Assembly (NCBI GenBank): GCA_000996025.1
Contig: LBYF01000001.1
Coordinates: forward strand, 3,507 to 67,506
Source of the DNA: Parcubacteria group bacterium GW2011_GWA2_40_14
GTDB taxonomy: Bacteria; Patescibacteriota; Minisyncoccia; Phycocordibacterales; DATDWN01
Length of the DNA: 64,000 bases
Direction: 5' to 3'
Shown here piece after piece: positions 18,524 to 26,969 of this stretch. How positions within the stretch are numbered: the first letter of the stretch is position 1; each line of letters begins with the position of its first letter. The notes under the pieces were generated by a model. It was not told the origin of the DNA and searched no databases. It was given only the letters and a program-made list of their open reading frames with translations. Both the position numbers and the translations under genes were made by a program.

Positions 18524-19999
18524 ATGATTATTTCAAGTATTTTTGGTTTTATTTCAGGTATTGGCGTGGGTTCATTTTTTTATATCAATCTCGGAATTTT
18601 TCTTGCCCTCGGGTTTTTGATAATAATATTTTTTATATATAAAAATTTTGTTCCTGAGGAAAATCGTCGTGTTTTAGTTTTTATTTCCATTTTTCTTCTA
18701 GGAACACTCTGTGGATTAGCTAGAGTAACATTTTCCAATCTTTATACCACATCGCAACTCGGTTCATTTGTAGAACAGAAAATTTCTACGGAGGGTATTA
18801 TCGTCGGTGAGCCGGATGTTAGAGAAAACAATACAAAATTGACCGTGCGTTTGTCGCAAGTTAATTTTTTAAATAGCACTACTTCTGTTTCAGAGAAAAT
18901 ATTGGTAACCACATCTCTGTATCCAGAATTTCATTATGGCGACAAAGTTGCAATAGTTTTAACTTTGAAAGAGCCAAAAAATATAGATTCTGGCGATGGA
19001 CATGTCTTTGATTATAAAGGGTATCTGAAAGTCAGGGGAATTTGGTATACAGCCAGTTTTGTCAAAATAAGCCTTATTTCTAGGGGCCATGGCAGTTTGA
19101 TTAAAACGGGATTATTCAAAATAAAGCACGCATTTACGGCTTCATTAAATAGAGTATTGCCCGAGCCAGAATCCAGTCTCATGGCAGGATTACTTCTCGG
19201 TACAAAACAATCTTTGGGCAAAGATTTACTTCTGGAATTTCAGAAGACGGGTGTGTCACATATAATTGTGCTTTCTGGTTACAATATTGCCATTGTGGCA
19301 ACAAGCATTATGTCTTTTTTGAGTTTCTTGCCGAAAAGTTTTTCTTTCAGTTTTGGAATTGGCAGTATTATTTTGTTTACTATTCTCTCTGGAGGAAGCG
19401 CTTCAGCATGGCGAGCGGCTATTATGGTCATGGCCGCTCTTGTAGCCAAAAGATATAACCGCGATTACAAAGCCAGTCGCGTACTCGGCTTTGCTATCGT
19501 GCTTATGCTTGCTCCCAACCCACTCCTTCTTATTTTTGACCCATCATTTCAACTTTCAGTGTTGGCTACTATCGGAATTATTTTTGTTTCACCTCTTATT
19601 TTCCCATATTTTAAATGGGTAACAAAAAAATGGGAGTTCCGAGAAATTATTTCCACCACCATCGCCACTCAATTAACCGTCCTGCCATTTCTTATTTACA
19701 ATACAGGTCTTTTCTCTCTTGTTTCTCTGCCGGTGAACATTTTAATTCTTGCTACCATACCCACAACAATGTTTCTCGGTTTTATTACCGGTATCGCTGG
19801 TTTAATTTCACTTTATCTATCTTTCATCCCGGCATTTTTTGCTTATATTCTCCTCTGGTATCAGCTCACAGTCGTCCACATTGGAGCTAGCCTACCTTTC
19901 GGCTCAATTCTTCTCGCCACATTTTCTCCACTCGTTTTAATTTTCACCTACTTAATAATTTTCCTATTTTTGTATTTTCTAAAAAAGCAAACTATTTAA
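18524..19999 (+). CDS. comEC: ComEC/Rec2 membrane (competence-domain) part
   Basis: GLLLG, HIIVLSGYN, SAWRAAIM, SFQLS; multiple TM segments. Confidence 0.9.
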   Translation: MIISSIFGFISGIGVGSFFYINLGIFLALGFLIIIFFIYKNFVPEENRRVLVFISIFLLGTLCGLARVTFSNLYTTSQLGSFVEQKISTEGIIVGEPDVRENNTKLTVRLSQVNFLNSTTSVSEKILVTTSLYPEFHYGDKVAIVLTLKEPKNIDSGDGHVFDYKGYLKVRGIWYTASFVKISLISRGHGSLIKTGLFKIKHAFTASLNRVLPEPESSLMAGLLLGTKQSLGKDLLLEFQKTGVSHIIVLSGYNIAIVATSIMSFLSFLPKSFSFSFGIGSIILFTILSGGSASAWRAAIMVMAALVAKRYNRDYKASRVLGFAIVLMLAPNPLLLIFDPSFQLSVLATIGIIFVSPLIFPYFKWVTKKWEFREIISTTIATQLTVLPFLIYNTGLFSLVSLPVNILILATIPTTMFLGFITGIAGLISLYLSFIPAFFAYILLWYQLTVVHIGASLPFGSILLATFSPLVLIFTYLIIFLFLYFLKKQTI

Positions 20000-20441
20000 A
20001 GTATTTGCTGAAGTAGTCTTTACAGTACTCAAAACTATATTGAAATCCAGAATGTAATGGTTCTGGTAAGTTATCTATTTTAAACCAACCAAGCTCTTCA
20101 ATTTTATGAGGCTCATTATTTTTTACTTCATCTCAATTTACTTTGATGATAAACGGCATTGCAATCCAGTGAGTTTTTACACCGTTGAACATTCTAAAAA
20201 TATCATGTGCGGGAAGGCGCTCTGAAATCTCTCCTTTGCACCCGTATTCTTCCCGCACTTCTTGGAGAACATTTTCCTCGACTAAAAGATTAAATTCTAG
20301 TTTTCCTCCACCCGGATCCCATTTTCCTTGCTCATCCCTACACTGCAGACCTCTTTTGTGCATGAATAGATTTCCTTCTCCATCGTGGCAATAGAATGGA
20401 GTTGTGATACCAACATAGTCGTATCCAATTTTCATATCCAT
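19992..20441 (-). pseudogene. Nudix hydrolase interrupted by an in-frame TGA
   Basis: Nudix box GGKLE..EVREEYG; the frame continues past TGA (20133-20135) as DEVKNNEPHKIEELGWFKIDNLPEPLH to TAG at 19992. Confidence 0.85.
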
Positions 20442-20443
20442 AC

Positions 20444-21046
20444 TTATTTTGCTACACTGTTAAAATTCTCCTCAACCTTCTTCCAATTCAGATTTGCAAA
20501 AAAATCTTCAACGTATTGTTTCTTGCCAGATGGTTGGTAGTCGGCGACAAAGGCGTGTTCCCACATATCTAAAGCGAGTATCGGAGTGCATCCAACGAGC
20601 TGGCCGAGCTGATGGTCTTCAATGTAGGCGTTCAGTAGTCTGTGTTCTTTTGTATCTAGGTAGAGCATTGCCCAGCCTACTCCGCGAGTCATGGCGATTG
20701 ACTTGAACCTCGCAAGCCAAGTGTCAAATGAACCCCATAGATAGACAATTGATTTATATAATTCTCCGTCTGGTGAAATGGGAGATGGTCCGTCGGACAG
20801 AGAATCAAAATAAACTTCATGATTTCGCATACCGTCATATTCAAATCCAAACCTTCTCTGTGTTTCGTTGATAATGATAATATATGTATCCGTCTGGCCG
20901 GATTTTGTGAACTCATCGATTTTTTCCAAAGCAAAATTGGTATGTTTGACATATCCCGCATAGAGCTTCAAATGTTCCTCAATTGTCTTGCTCGAAACTC
21001 CTTTTAATTCGGGGATATTAAATTTTTTCTCTTCAAATTGCATCAT
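20444..21046 (-). CDS. sod: Fe/Mn superoxide dismutase
   Basis: EEHLKLY, NHEVYF and DMWEHAF metal-ligand motifs. Confidence 0.92.
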   Translation of the reverse strand: MMQFEEKKFNIPELKGVSSKTIEEHLKLYAGYVKHTNFALEKIDEFTKSGQTDTYIIIINETQRRFGFEYDGMRNHEVYFDSLSDGPSPISPDGELYKSIVYLWGSFDTWLARFKSIAMTRGVGWAMLYLDTKEHRLLNAYIEDHQLGQLVGCTPILALDMWEHAFVADYQPSGKKQYVEDFFANLNWKKVEENFNSVAK

Positions 21047-21094
21047 AGTAGTTTTTAAATTTTAAATTAAAAATTTTCCTATATACTATAGCAT

Positions 21095-22006
21095 ATGAGG
21101 CAAATTTTTCTGAATGTTCGGACTTATCTACGATGGTATGCTCTCATTTTTCTAGTATTTTTTAGCGTCATTTTGTGGTTTGCTGTAATCCACGAAGACA
21201 GAAATGGGATTTTGACTTTTGCTGTTCTGGATGTTGGCCAAGGCGATGCCCTTTTTATTGAATCTCCCACGGGTACGCAGGTTTTGGTGGATGGCGGTCC
21301 CGGCAAAACCCTTATGCGAGAAATAACCGCTGTCATGCCATGGTATGACAGACATATAGATATGTTGGTTGTAACCAATCCGGACAAAGACCACTACGAG
21401 GGATTCATACCTCTTACGGGCAAATATTCTATTGATGTAGTGGTTGAACCGGGAACAGTATCGCTAACTTCGGAGTATGCAGTGTTGGAAAAAGAAATTG
21501 CTGTGAAGAAAATAACCAAAATTTTGGCCAGACGAGGACAAATAATAGACCTCGGTGGAGGAGCGTATTTGCAAATCCTTTTTCCTGACCGTGACGTTTC
21601 CGGATTATCCTCAAATAACGGCTCAATTGTTACGCGTTTAGTTTATGGCCATACATCCGTTATCTTACAGGGCGATTCTACTTCAAATATAGAGAATTAT
21701 CTAGTTACACTAGGGGAGGGTAACTTAAAAAGCACCATACTCAAAGCTGGTCACCACGGCTCGCGGACAAGTACATCGGAAGAATATGTTACAGCGGTTT
21801 CACCGCTGTGGACGGTTATTTCTTCTGGGATAAATAATAGTTACGGACATCCGCACAAAGAAACGTTGGACACTTTGAATAAATTAAAAATCCCCACGCT
21901 CGATACTTGTAATAATGGCAGAATCATTTTTGAATCGGATGGCAAAAGTTTTATTCTGAAAAATAAAAATCCTATTCTCGCGATATCTGGATGTGTTAAG
22001 AAATAA
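21095..22006 (+). CDS. ComEC C-terminal metallo-beta-lactamase-fold protein
   Basis: DVGQGD, TNPDKDH, GHHGS, NSYGHPH; N-terminal TM segment. Confidence 0.9.
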   Translation: MRQIFLNVRTYLRWYALIFLVFFSVILWFAVIHEDRNGILTFAVLDVGQGDALFIESPTGTQVLVDGGPGKTLMREITAVMPWYDRHIDMLVVTNPDKDHYEGFIPLTGKYSIDVVVEPGTVSLTSEYAVLEKEIAVKKITKILARRGQIIDLGGGAYLQILFPDRDVSGLSSNNGSIVTRLVYGHTSVILQGDSTSNIENYLVTLGEGNLKSTILKAGHHGSRTSTSEEYVTAVSPLWTVISSGINNSYGHPHKETLDTLNKLKIPTLDTCNNGRIIFESDGKSFILKNKNPILAISGCVKK

Positions 22007-22015
22007 AATTTTCAT

Positions 22016-22071
22016 ATAATAAAATCATACACGTTCTTTGCGATCGCAAAGAACGTGTATGATTTTATTAT
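22016..22071. repeat. Perfect 56-bp loop-less palindrome
   Basis: ataataaaatcatacacgttctttgcga|tcgcaaagaacgtgtatgattttattat. Confidence 0.95.
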
Positions 22072-22089
22072 GAGTAAAACGTGGGAGTT

Positions 22090-22332
22090 CTAAATAAGGT
22101 CGGCTTTTTTGAGAGTAGCAAAAGCGCCGTTTTTCTGGATGGTTTTGATGCCACGAGCAGAGAGGGTCAGTGTCATTGACTTTTTCAGTTCAGGAATGTA
22201 GATCTTCTTTTTTTGAAGATTTGCGTATTTACGCTTCATTCCCGTGGGGTTGAACTGGGTTGCACGAGTGCGGTTTGAGTATCCACCTTGCAGTTGGGAA
22301 GATTTCCCAGTTATGATACATACTTTAGCCAT
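22090..22332 (-). CDS. rpmB: 50S ribosomal protein L28
   Basis: MAKVCIITGK...ANLQKK...LSARGIKTI; ATG at 22332. Confidence 0.93.
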   Translation of the reverse strand: MAKVCIITGKSSQLQGGYSNRTRATQFNPTGMKRKYANLQKKKIYIPELKKSMTLTLSARGIKTIQKNGAFATLKKADLI

Positions 22333-22341
22333 AGTGTTTAC

Positions 22342-22460
22342 GACTTCCAAATTTGGCGAACTCCTTGCTAAAATCTGAAAAATTCTCGTCACCGTACATG
22401 AGTACGACTCCTCGCTTTTTTCAGATTTTCACTTCGGATTTCATCCAAATTATGAAAGTC
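22342..22460 (+). mobile_element. Family E MITE/REP-like element
   Basis: Ends gacttccaaattt...aattatgaaagtc; core gtcaccgtac-atga-gtacgactcc. Confidence 0.75.
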
Positions 22461-22507
22461 TTGAATATATAATAATATCCGCGTTATGGTATCATAGAAT
22501 TATAAAT

Positions 22508-23122
22508 ATGCAAATTGATTTTATATTTTCCATTTTGATACTTATTTTTTCTGTCATTGTCCATGAGGTTTCTCACGGGTTTGCGGCATATTTGCAAGGC
22601 GACAATACGGCAAAATTTGCTGGACGATTAACCCTAAATCCCCTCAGTCATTTGGAATGGTTCGGTTCCTTCCTCCTGCCAGTCATGTCCTATTTTCTCG
22701 GAGGGTTTATTATTGGCTGGGCAAAACCGGTGCCGTTTAATCCATACAATTTACGCAACCAAAGATGGGGAGAATCCATTGTAGCTTTTGCTGGACCGGC
22801 TGCAAATATTTGTTTAGCTCTAATCTTCGGATTGCTTATTCGTTTTGGAGTTTTGATTCAGTTTGGTGAAGCTTTTGTCCAAATAGCCGTTATGATTGTT
22901 TTTATAAATCTTATCCTTGCTACATTTAATCTCATTCCCATACCACCACTGGACGGTTCCAAAATCCTTTTTTCTGTTTTGCCAAATAGTTTACTTGAAG
23001 TCCGTTCGTTTCTAGAAAGAAACAGTATATTTATTTTAATTTTCTTTATCTTTTTCCTCTGGCAATTTATTTTGCCTCTCGTATCTCTTGAATTTTCTCT
23101 CATTACTGGATTTGCCTTGTAA
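22508..23122 (+). CDS. Site-2 protease (peptidase M50)
   Basis: HEVSH, AGP and FNLIPIPPLDG motifs. Confidence 0.95.
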   Translation: MQIDFIFSILILIFSVIVHEVSHGFAAYLQGDNTAKFAGRLTLNPLSHLEWFGSFLLPVMSYFLGGFIIGWAKPVPFNPYNLRNQRWGESIVAFAGPAANICLALIFGLLIRFGVLIQFGEAFVQIAVMIVFINLILATFNLIPIPPLDGSKILFSVLPNSLLEVRSFLERNSIFILIFFIFFLWQFILPLVSLEFSLITGFAL

Positions 23123-23179
23123 AATAAAGCTTTTTGGTGGGTTAGAAAAGAAAATAGAAAAATTGCTTGATTTTCAATG

Positions 23180-23209
23180 TCATCTCATACGATATATCGT
23201 ATGAGATGA
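23180..23209. repeat. Perfect 30-bp loop-less palindrome
   Basis: tcatctcatacgata|tatcgtatgagatga. Confidence 0.9.
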
Positions 23210-23258
23210 AGTTTTGCATTTTGTTTGCAATTTTTTTCTATACACCACGAGCTTAAAA

Positions 23259-23379
23259 GACTTTCAGATTTGAGACAAGGTCGCGTATAAAATGCAAAAG
23301 AGAAGCGGAGGCGTACTTAGTGGTACGACGAGCATCACTTTTGCATTTTAGACGATGAGATTGGCCAAATGTGGAAGTC
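23259..23379 (-). mobile_element. Family E element (reverse orientation)
   Basis: Reverse complement shares atctcatcgtctaaaat and ttttatacgcgacct with the copy at 43406-43535. Confidence 0.8.
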
Positions 23380-23429
23380 AAAAACCACACGGTTGCAATA
23401 TTGGTACATATGTATTACCATTGCAACCA

Positions 23430-23843
23430 ATGTCTACGATAAATCAGTTAGTCCGTCACAAGCGAACAAAAGTTAAAGTTAAGCCGCGAGCAGTGGCTCT
23501 TACTCGCGGATTTAACAATCTGACAAACCGTCCGGTTTTTTATCCTGCTCCATTCAAACGAGGGGTTTGCACAAAAGTAACAACAAAGACTCCAAAGAAA
23601 CCAAACTCTGCTATACGAAAGATTGCCCGTGTTCGTCTGACAAACGGCATGGAAGTGACAGCTTATATTCCGGGTATGGGACATACTCTACAAGAGCACT
23701 CTGTGGTTTTGCTTCGAGGCGGAAAGGTGAAAGATGTCGGTGTACGTTATACTATTGTCCGAGGGATGTTAGACGCGACTGGGGTAGAAAAGAGAATGAA
23801 GGGGCGAAGCCGTTACGGTGCCAAGAGACCGAAAGGCAAATAA
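23430..23843 (+). CDS. rpsL: 30S ribosomal protein S12
   Basis: [22 protein letters not shown]; ATG at 23430. Confidence 0.98.
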   Translation: MSTINQLVRHKRTKVKVKPRAVALTRGFNNLTNRPVFYPAPFKRGVCTKVTTKTPKKPNSAIRKIARVRLTNGMEVTAYIPGMGHTLQEHSVVLLRGGKVKDVGVRYTIVRGMLDATGVEKRMKGRSRYGAKRPKGK

Positions 23844-23928
23844 TCGAGACACGAGTACCGAGATACGAGAAACGAAGAAAATAAATGCATTCATAATCGT
23901 AATTCGGGTCTCGTAACTCTTAACTCTA
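23844..23928. repeat. Family C heptamer-arm palindrome (rpsL/rpsG junction)
   Basis: tcgagac acgagta ccgagat acgagaa acgaa ... tcgtaat tcgggtc tcgtaac tcttaac tcta. Confidence 0.9.
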
Positions 23929-23936
23929 TCAAAAAG

Positions 23937-24425
23937 ATGAGAAGAAAAGTCATAAACAGAAATATAGTTGGAAAAGATATTGAGTTCAACTCGGAAAAAG
24001 TTGGCAAATTTATTAATTATGTTATGGAAAGGGGTCAGAAAGAAACTGCGCGAAAAATTGTTTACGACGCATTTGAAATAATAAAAGATAAGGCGTTAGC
24101 TACGAAAGAAGCTACGATCGCGGATGCGCTTGAAATTTTTGAAACAGCTTTGAAAAATACGGGACCTTTGACAGAAGTTCGTTCACGAAGAGTTGGTGGG
24201 GCCAACTATCAGATTCCTCGTGAAGTTCGCCCAGAGAGACGAGTTTTCCTTTCCATGAAATGGATTATTGACTCTGCTCGCGATGGCAAGGGCAAGCCAA
24301 TGGCAAAAAAATTGGCAGATGAAATTATTTTAGCAAGTAAAAATGAAGGTAAAGCTGTTAAAAAGAGGGAAGATACGCACAAGATGGCGGAGGCCAATAA
24401 GGCCTTCGCCCATTTTGCATGGTAG
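23937..24425 (+). CDS. rpsG: 30S ribosomal protein S7
   Basis: EVRSRRVGGANYQ, HKMAEANKAFAH. Confidence 0.98.
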   Translation: MRRKVINRNIVGKDIEFNSEKVGKFINYVMERGQKETARKIVYDAFEIIKDKALATKEATIADALEIFETALKNTGPLTEVRSRRVGGANYQIPREVRPERRVFLSMKWIIDSARDGKGKPMAKKLADEIILASKNEGKAVKKREDTHKMAEANKAFAHFAW

Positions 24426-24715
24426 TTTTTCTGGTCTTTTTGCCGAATTTCTTTGCTCTCGGTTTTGCCTGCTCCACGCAACGTACTGCTGTACGTTTTG
24501 GTCACAGTCAAAACCTGCGATCTTCGAAATTCAACAAAAATCCTCACAAAAACTTACAACTTTGACCTTTGCGAAAAATCCTCGGACCGAAAATATTCTC
24601 AACATCTGAATTTAACTAGGCAAGACCTAGTCATATATTATAGATTGCTCAAAAAGGTGTTTTAGTATATAGTCTTATCTATTCTTATCCGAGAGGATTT
24701 TTTATTTTATAAACG

Positions 24716-26857
24716 ATGAATAGAGATTACACATTAGATAAAGTCAGAAATTTTGGAATCATAGCCCACATTGATGCGGGTAAAACAACCACATCTGAAC
24801 GCGTTTTATTCTATACAGGGATGACTCACAAAATCGGTGAGGTGCATGAAGGTGAAACGGTTACTGATTGGATGGATCAGGAGCGCGAGCGCGGAATTAC
24901 TATCACGGCTGCGGCCATTACCTGCTTCTGGAATAAAACGGATACAGAGAAAAAACCTGACAGCATGTATCGTTTCAATATTATTGACACTCCTGGTCAC
25001 ATTGATTTTACTGCAGAGGTTAAACGCTCGCTTCGCGTACTTGACGGGGCAGTAGTGGTTTTTGACGGTGTTGCCGGGGTTGAACCACAATCAGAAACTA
25101 ACTGGCGATATGCAGATGACGGAAATGTTCCAAGAATATGTTTTATAAACAAACTTGACCGAACAGGAGCTTCTTTTGAGCGTTCATACGCATCTATTTT
25201 AGACCGATTAAATAAAAATGCCGTACGTATGCAGATTCCGATGGGTTTGGAAGATAAGTTTGAGGGTGTTATTGACCTTTTAAAAATGAAAGCATACTTT
25301 TTTGAAGGAAATATGGGAATAACCATACGAGAGGAAGAAATTCCAGCTGAATTTCTAGAAGAAGCGAAAAAATACAGAGCAGAACTGATAGAGAAAATAG
25401 TGGAGCAGGACGACAAGATGATGGAGGCGTTTCTAGAAGGCAAGGAGCCATCGTTTGAGGATTTGAAAAAAACTTTGCGCAAAGCAACTCTGGCGGTAAA
25501 AATTATTCCTGTTTTTGCCGGTTCTGCACTGAAAAACAAAGGCGTTCAGCTTGTCCTTGACGCAGTGGTGGATTACCTGCCATCTCCTGTTGATATGCTT
25601 CCGGTTTGCGGACTTGACCCAAAAACAGGCGAGGAGATTTTCCGTAAGCCATCAGACGAAGAGCCATTTTCTGCTCTGGCTTTCAAACTCCAAAACGACC
25701 CGTTTGTTGGGCAGCTGACATTTTTCCGTGTCTACTCCGGAACGTTAGAAGCTGGAACATATATATACAACTCAACAACGGGCGAGAAGGAACGCCTTGG
25801 ACGTATTGTTCGCCTCCAGGCAGACAAACGTGAGGAGGTCAAAAAAGTTTTCTCTGGAGAAATCGCTGCGGCAGTGGGATTAAAGAGCGCAAAAACTTCT
25901 CACACTCTCTGCGATGAAGACAAACCGATTATTCTAGACCCAATTAAATTTGTGGACCCTGTCGTCTCTTTGCGTATTGAACCAAAAACAAAAGCTGACC
26001 AAGAAAAAATGGGTATGTCACTCAAAAAACTTGGAGACGAAGACCCCACCTTTGTTATTTCCTCAAACAGCGAAACAGGTGAAAGTATTATTTCCGGAAT
26101 GGGTGAATTGCATTTGGAAATTATGGTGGAACGTTTGAAACGAGAGTTTGGGGTAGAAGTAAATGTCGGCAAACCACAAGTGGCATATAGAGAAACAATT
26201 TTGGGTACTGCAGAAGCGGAACATAAATACATAAAACAAACAGGAGGCAAAGGACAATACGGACACGTCAAACTGACACTGAAGCCTTTGGAGAAAATTG
26301 AAGAAGGAAAAAAGATTCCAAAGAACACACATAGATACGAGGATTTTGAATTTATTGACTCAATAAAGGGAGGGGTTATTCCGCAAGAATTTATTCCGGC
26401 TGTAGAAAAAGGCGTACATGAGGCCATGGACCGGGGAATTGTGGCCGGATACAAAATGGTCAATGTATCCTGCGAGCTTACCTACGGTTCTTATCACGAC
26501 GTGGACTCATCGGAAATTGCATACAAAATTGCCGCTTCGCAGGCATTTCAAGATGCGGCAAAGAGAGCTCGTCCTGTTATCCTTGAGCCGATTATGAAAG
26601 TGGAAGCAATCATGCCGGAACAGTTCATGGGAGACATCACTGGTTCGCTTTCTGGAAAACGAGGTCAGATAGAAGGTATGGATGAACGTGGAATGCTCCG
26701 AGTTATACACGCCAAAGTGCCTCTGTCTGAAATGTTTGGCTATACCACAGACATCCGTTCAATGACCCAAGGTCGCGGTTCAGTCCAAATGGAATTTGAC
26801 CACTATGAGGTGGTGCCACCGAACGTGGCTACAACAATTATAGAATCAAGAAAATAA
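24716..26857 (+). CDS. fusA: Elongation factor G
   Basis: [31 protein letters not shown]. Confidence 0.99.
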   Translation: MNRDYTLDKVRNFGIIAHIDAGKTTTSERVLFYTGMTHKIGEVHEGETVTDWMDQERERGITITAAAITCFWNKTDTEKKPDSMYRFNIIDTPGHIDFTAEVKRSLRVLDGAVVVFDGVAGVEPQSETNWRYADDGNVPRICFINKLDRTGASFERSYASILDRLNKNAVRMQIPMGLEDKFEGVIDLLKMKAYFFEGNMGITIREEEIPAEFLEEAKKYRAELIEKIVEQDDKMMEAFLEGKEPSFEDLKKTLRKATLAVKIIPVFAGSALKNKGVQLVLDAVVDYLPSPVDMLPVCGLDPKTGEEIFRKPSDEEPFSALAFKLQNDPFVGQLTFFRVYSGTLEAGTYIYNSTTGEKERLGRIVRLQADKREEVKKVFSGEIAAAVGLKSAKTSHTLCDEDKPIILDPIKFVDPVVSLRIEPKTKADQEKMGMSLKKLGDEDPTFVISSNSETGESIISGMGELHLEIMVERLKREFGVEVNVGKPQVAYRETILGTAEAEHKYIKQTGGKGQYGHVKLTLKPLEKIEEGKKIPKNTHRYEDFEFIDSIKGGVIPQEFIPAVEKGVHEAMDRGIVAGYKMVNVSCELTYGSYHDVDSSEIAYKIAASQAFQDAAKRARPVILEPIMKVEAIMPEQFMGDITGSLSGKRGQIEGMDERGMLRVIHAKVPLSEMFGYTTDIRSMTQGRGSVQMEFDHYEVVPPNVATTIIESRK

Positions 26858-26867
26858 CATAAATTTT

Positions 26868-26926
26868 AAAAACTCTACAGACACTGGGTGTCTGTAGAGT
26901 TTTTTGCTAACACTGGGTGTTAGCAA
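26868..26926. repeat. Two tandem ACAC-TGG-GTGT hairpins after fusA (possible terminator)
   Basis: aaaaactctacagacac-tgg-gtgtctgtagagttttt and ttgctaacac-tgg-gtgttagcaa. Confidence 0.85.
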
Positions 26927-26969
26927 GTTTTTAATTGCGAGTAGTTTCTAAAGGCGATACAATATAAGT

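Noticed and set aside
20133-20135. UGA=Gly recoding (code 25) suggested by the in-frame TGA in the Nudix gene
   Set aside because: pilC, tpiA, the 11158 pilin and others end at TGA at the expected length, and long conserved genes have no internal TGA.
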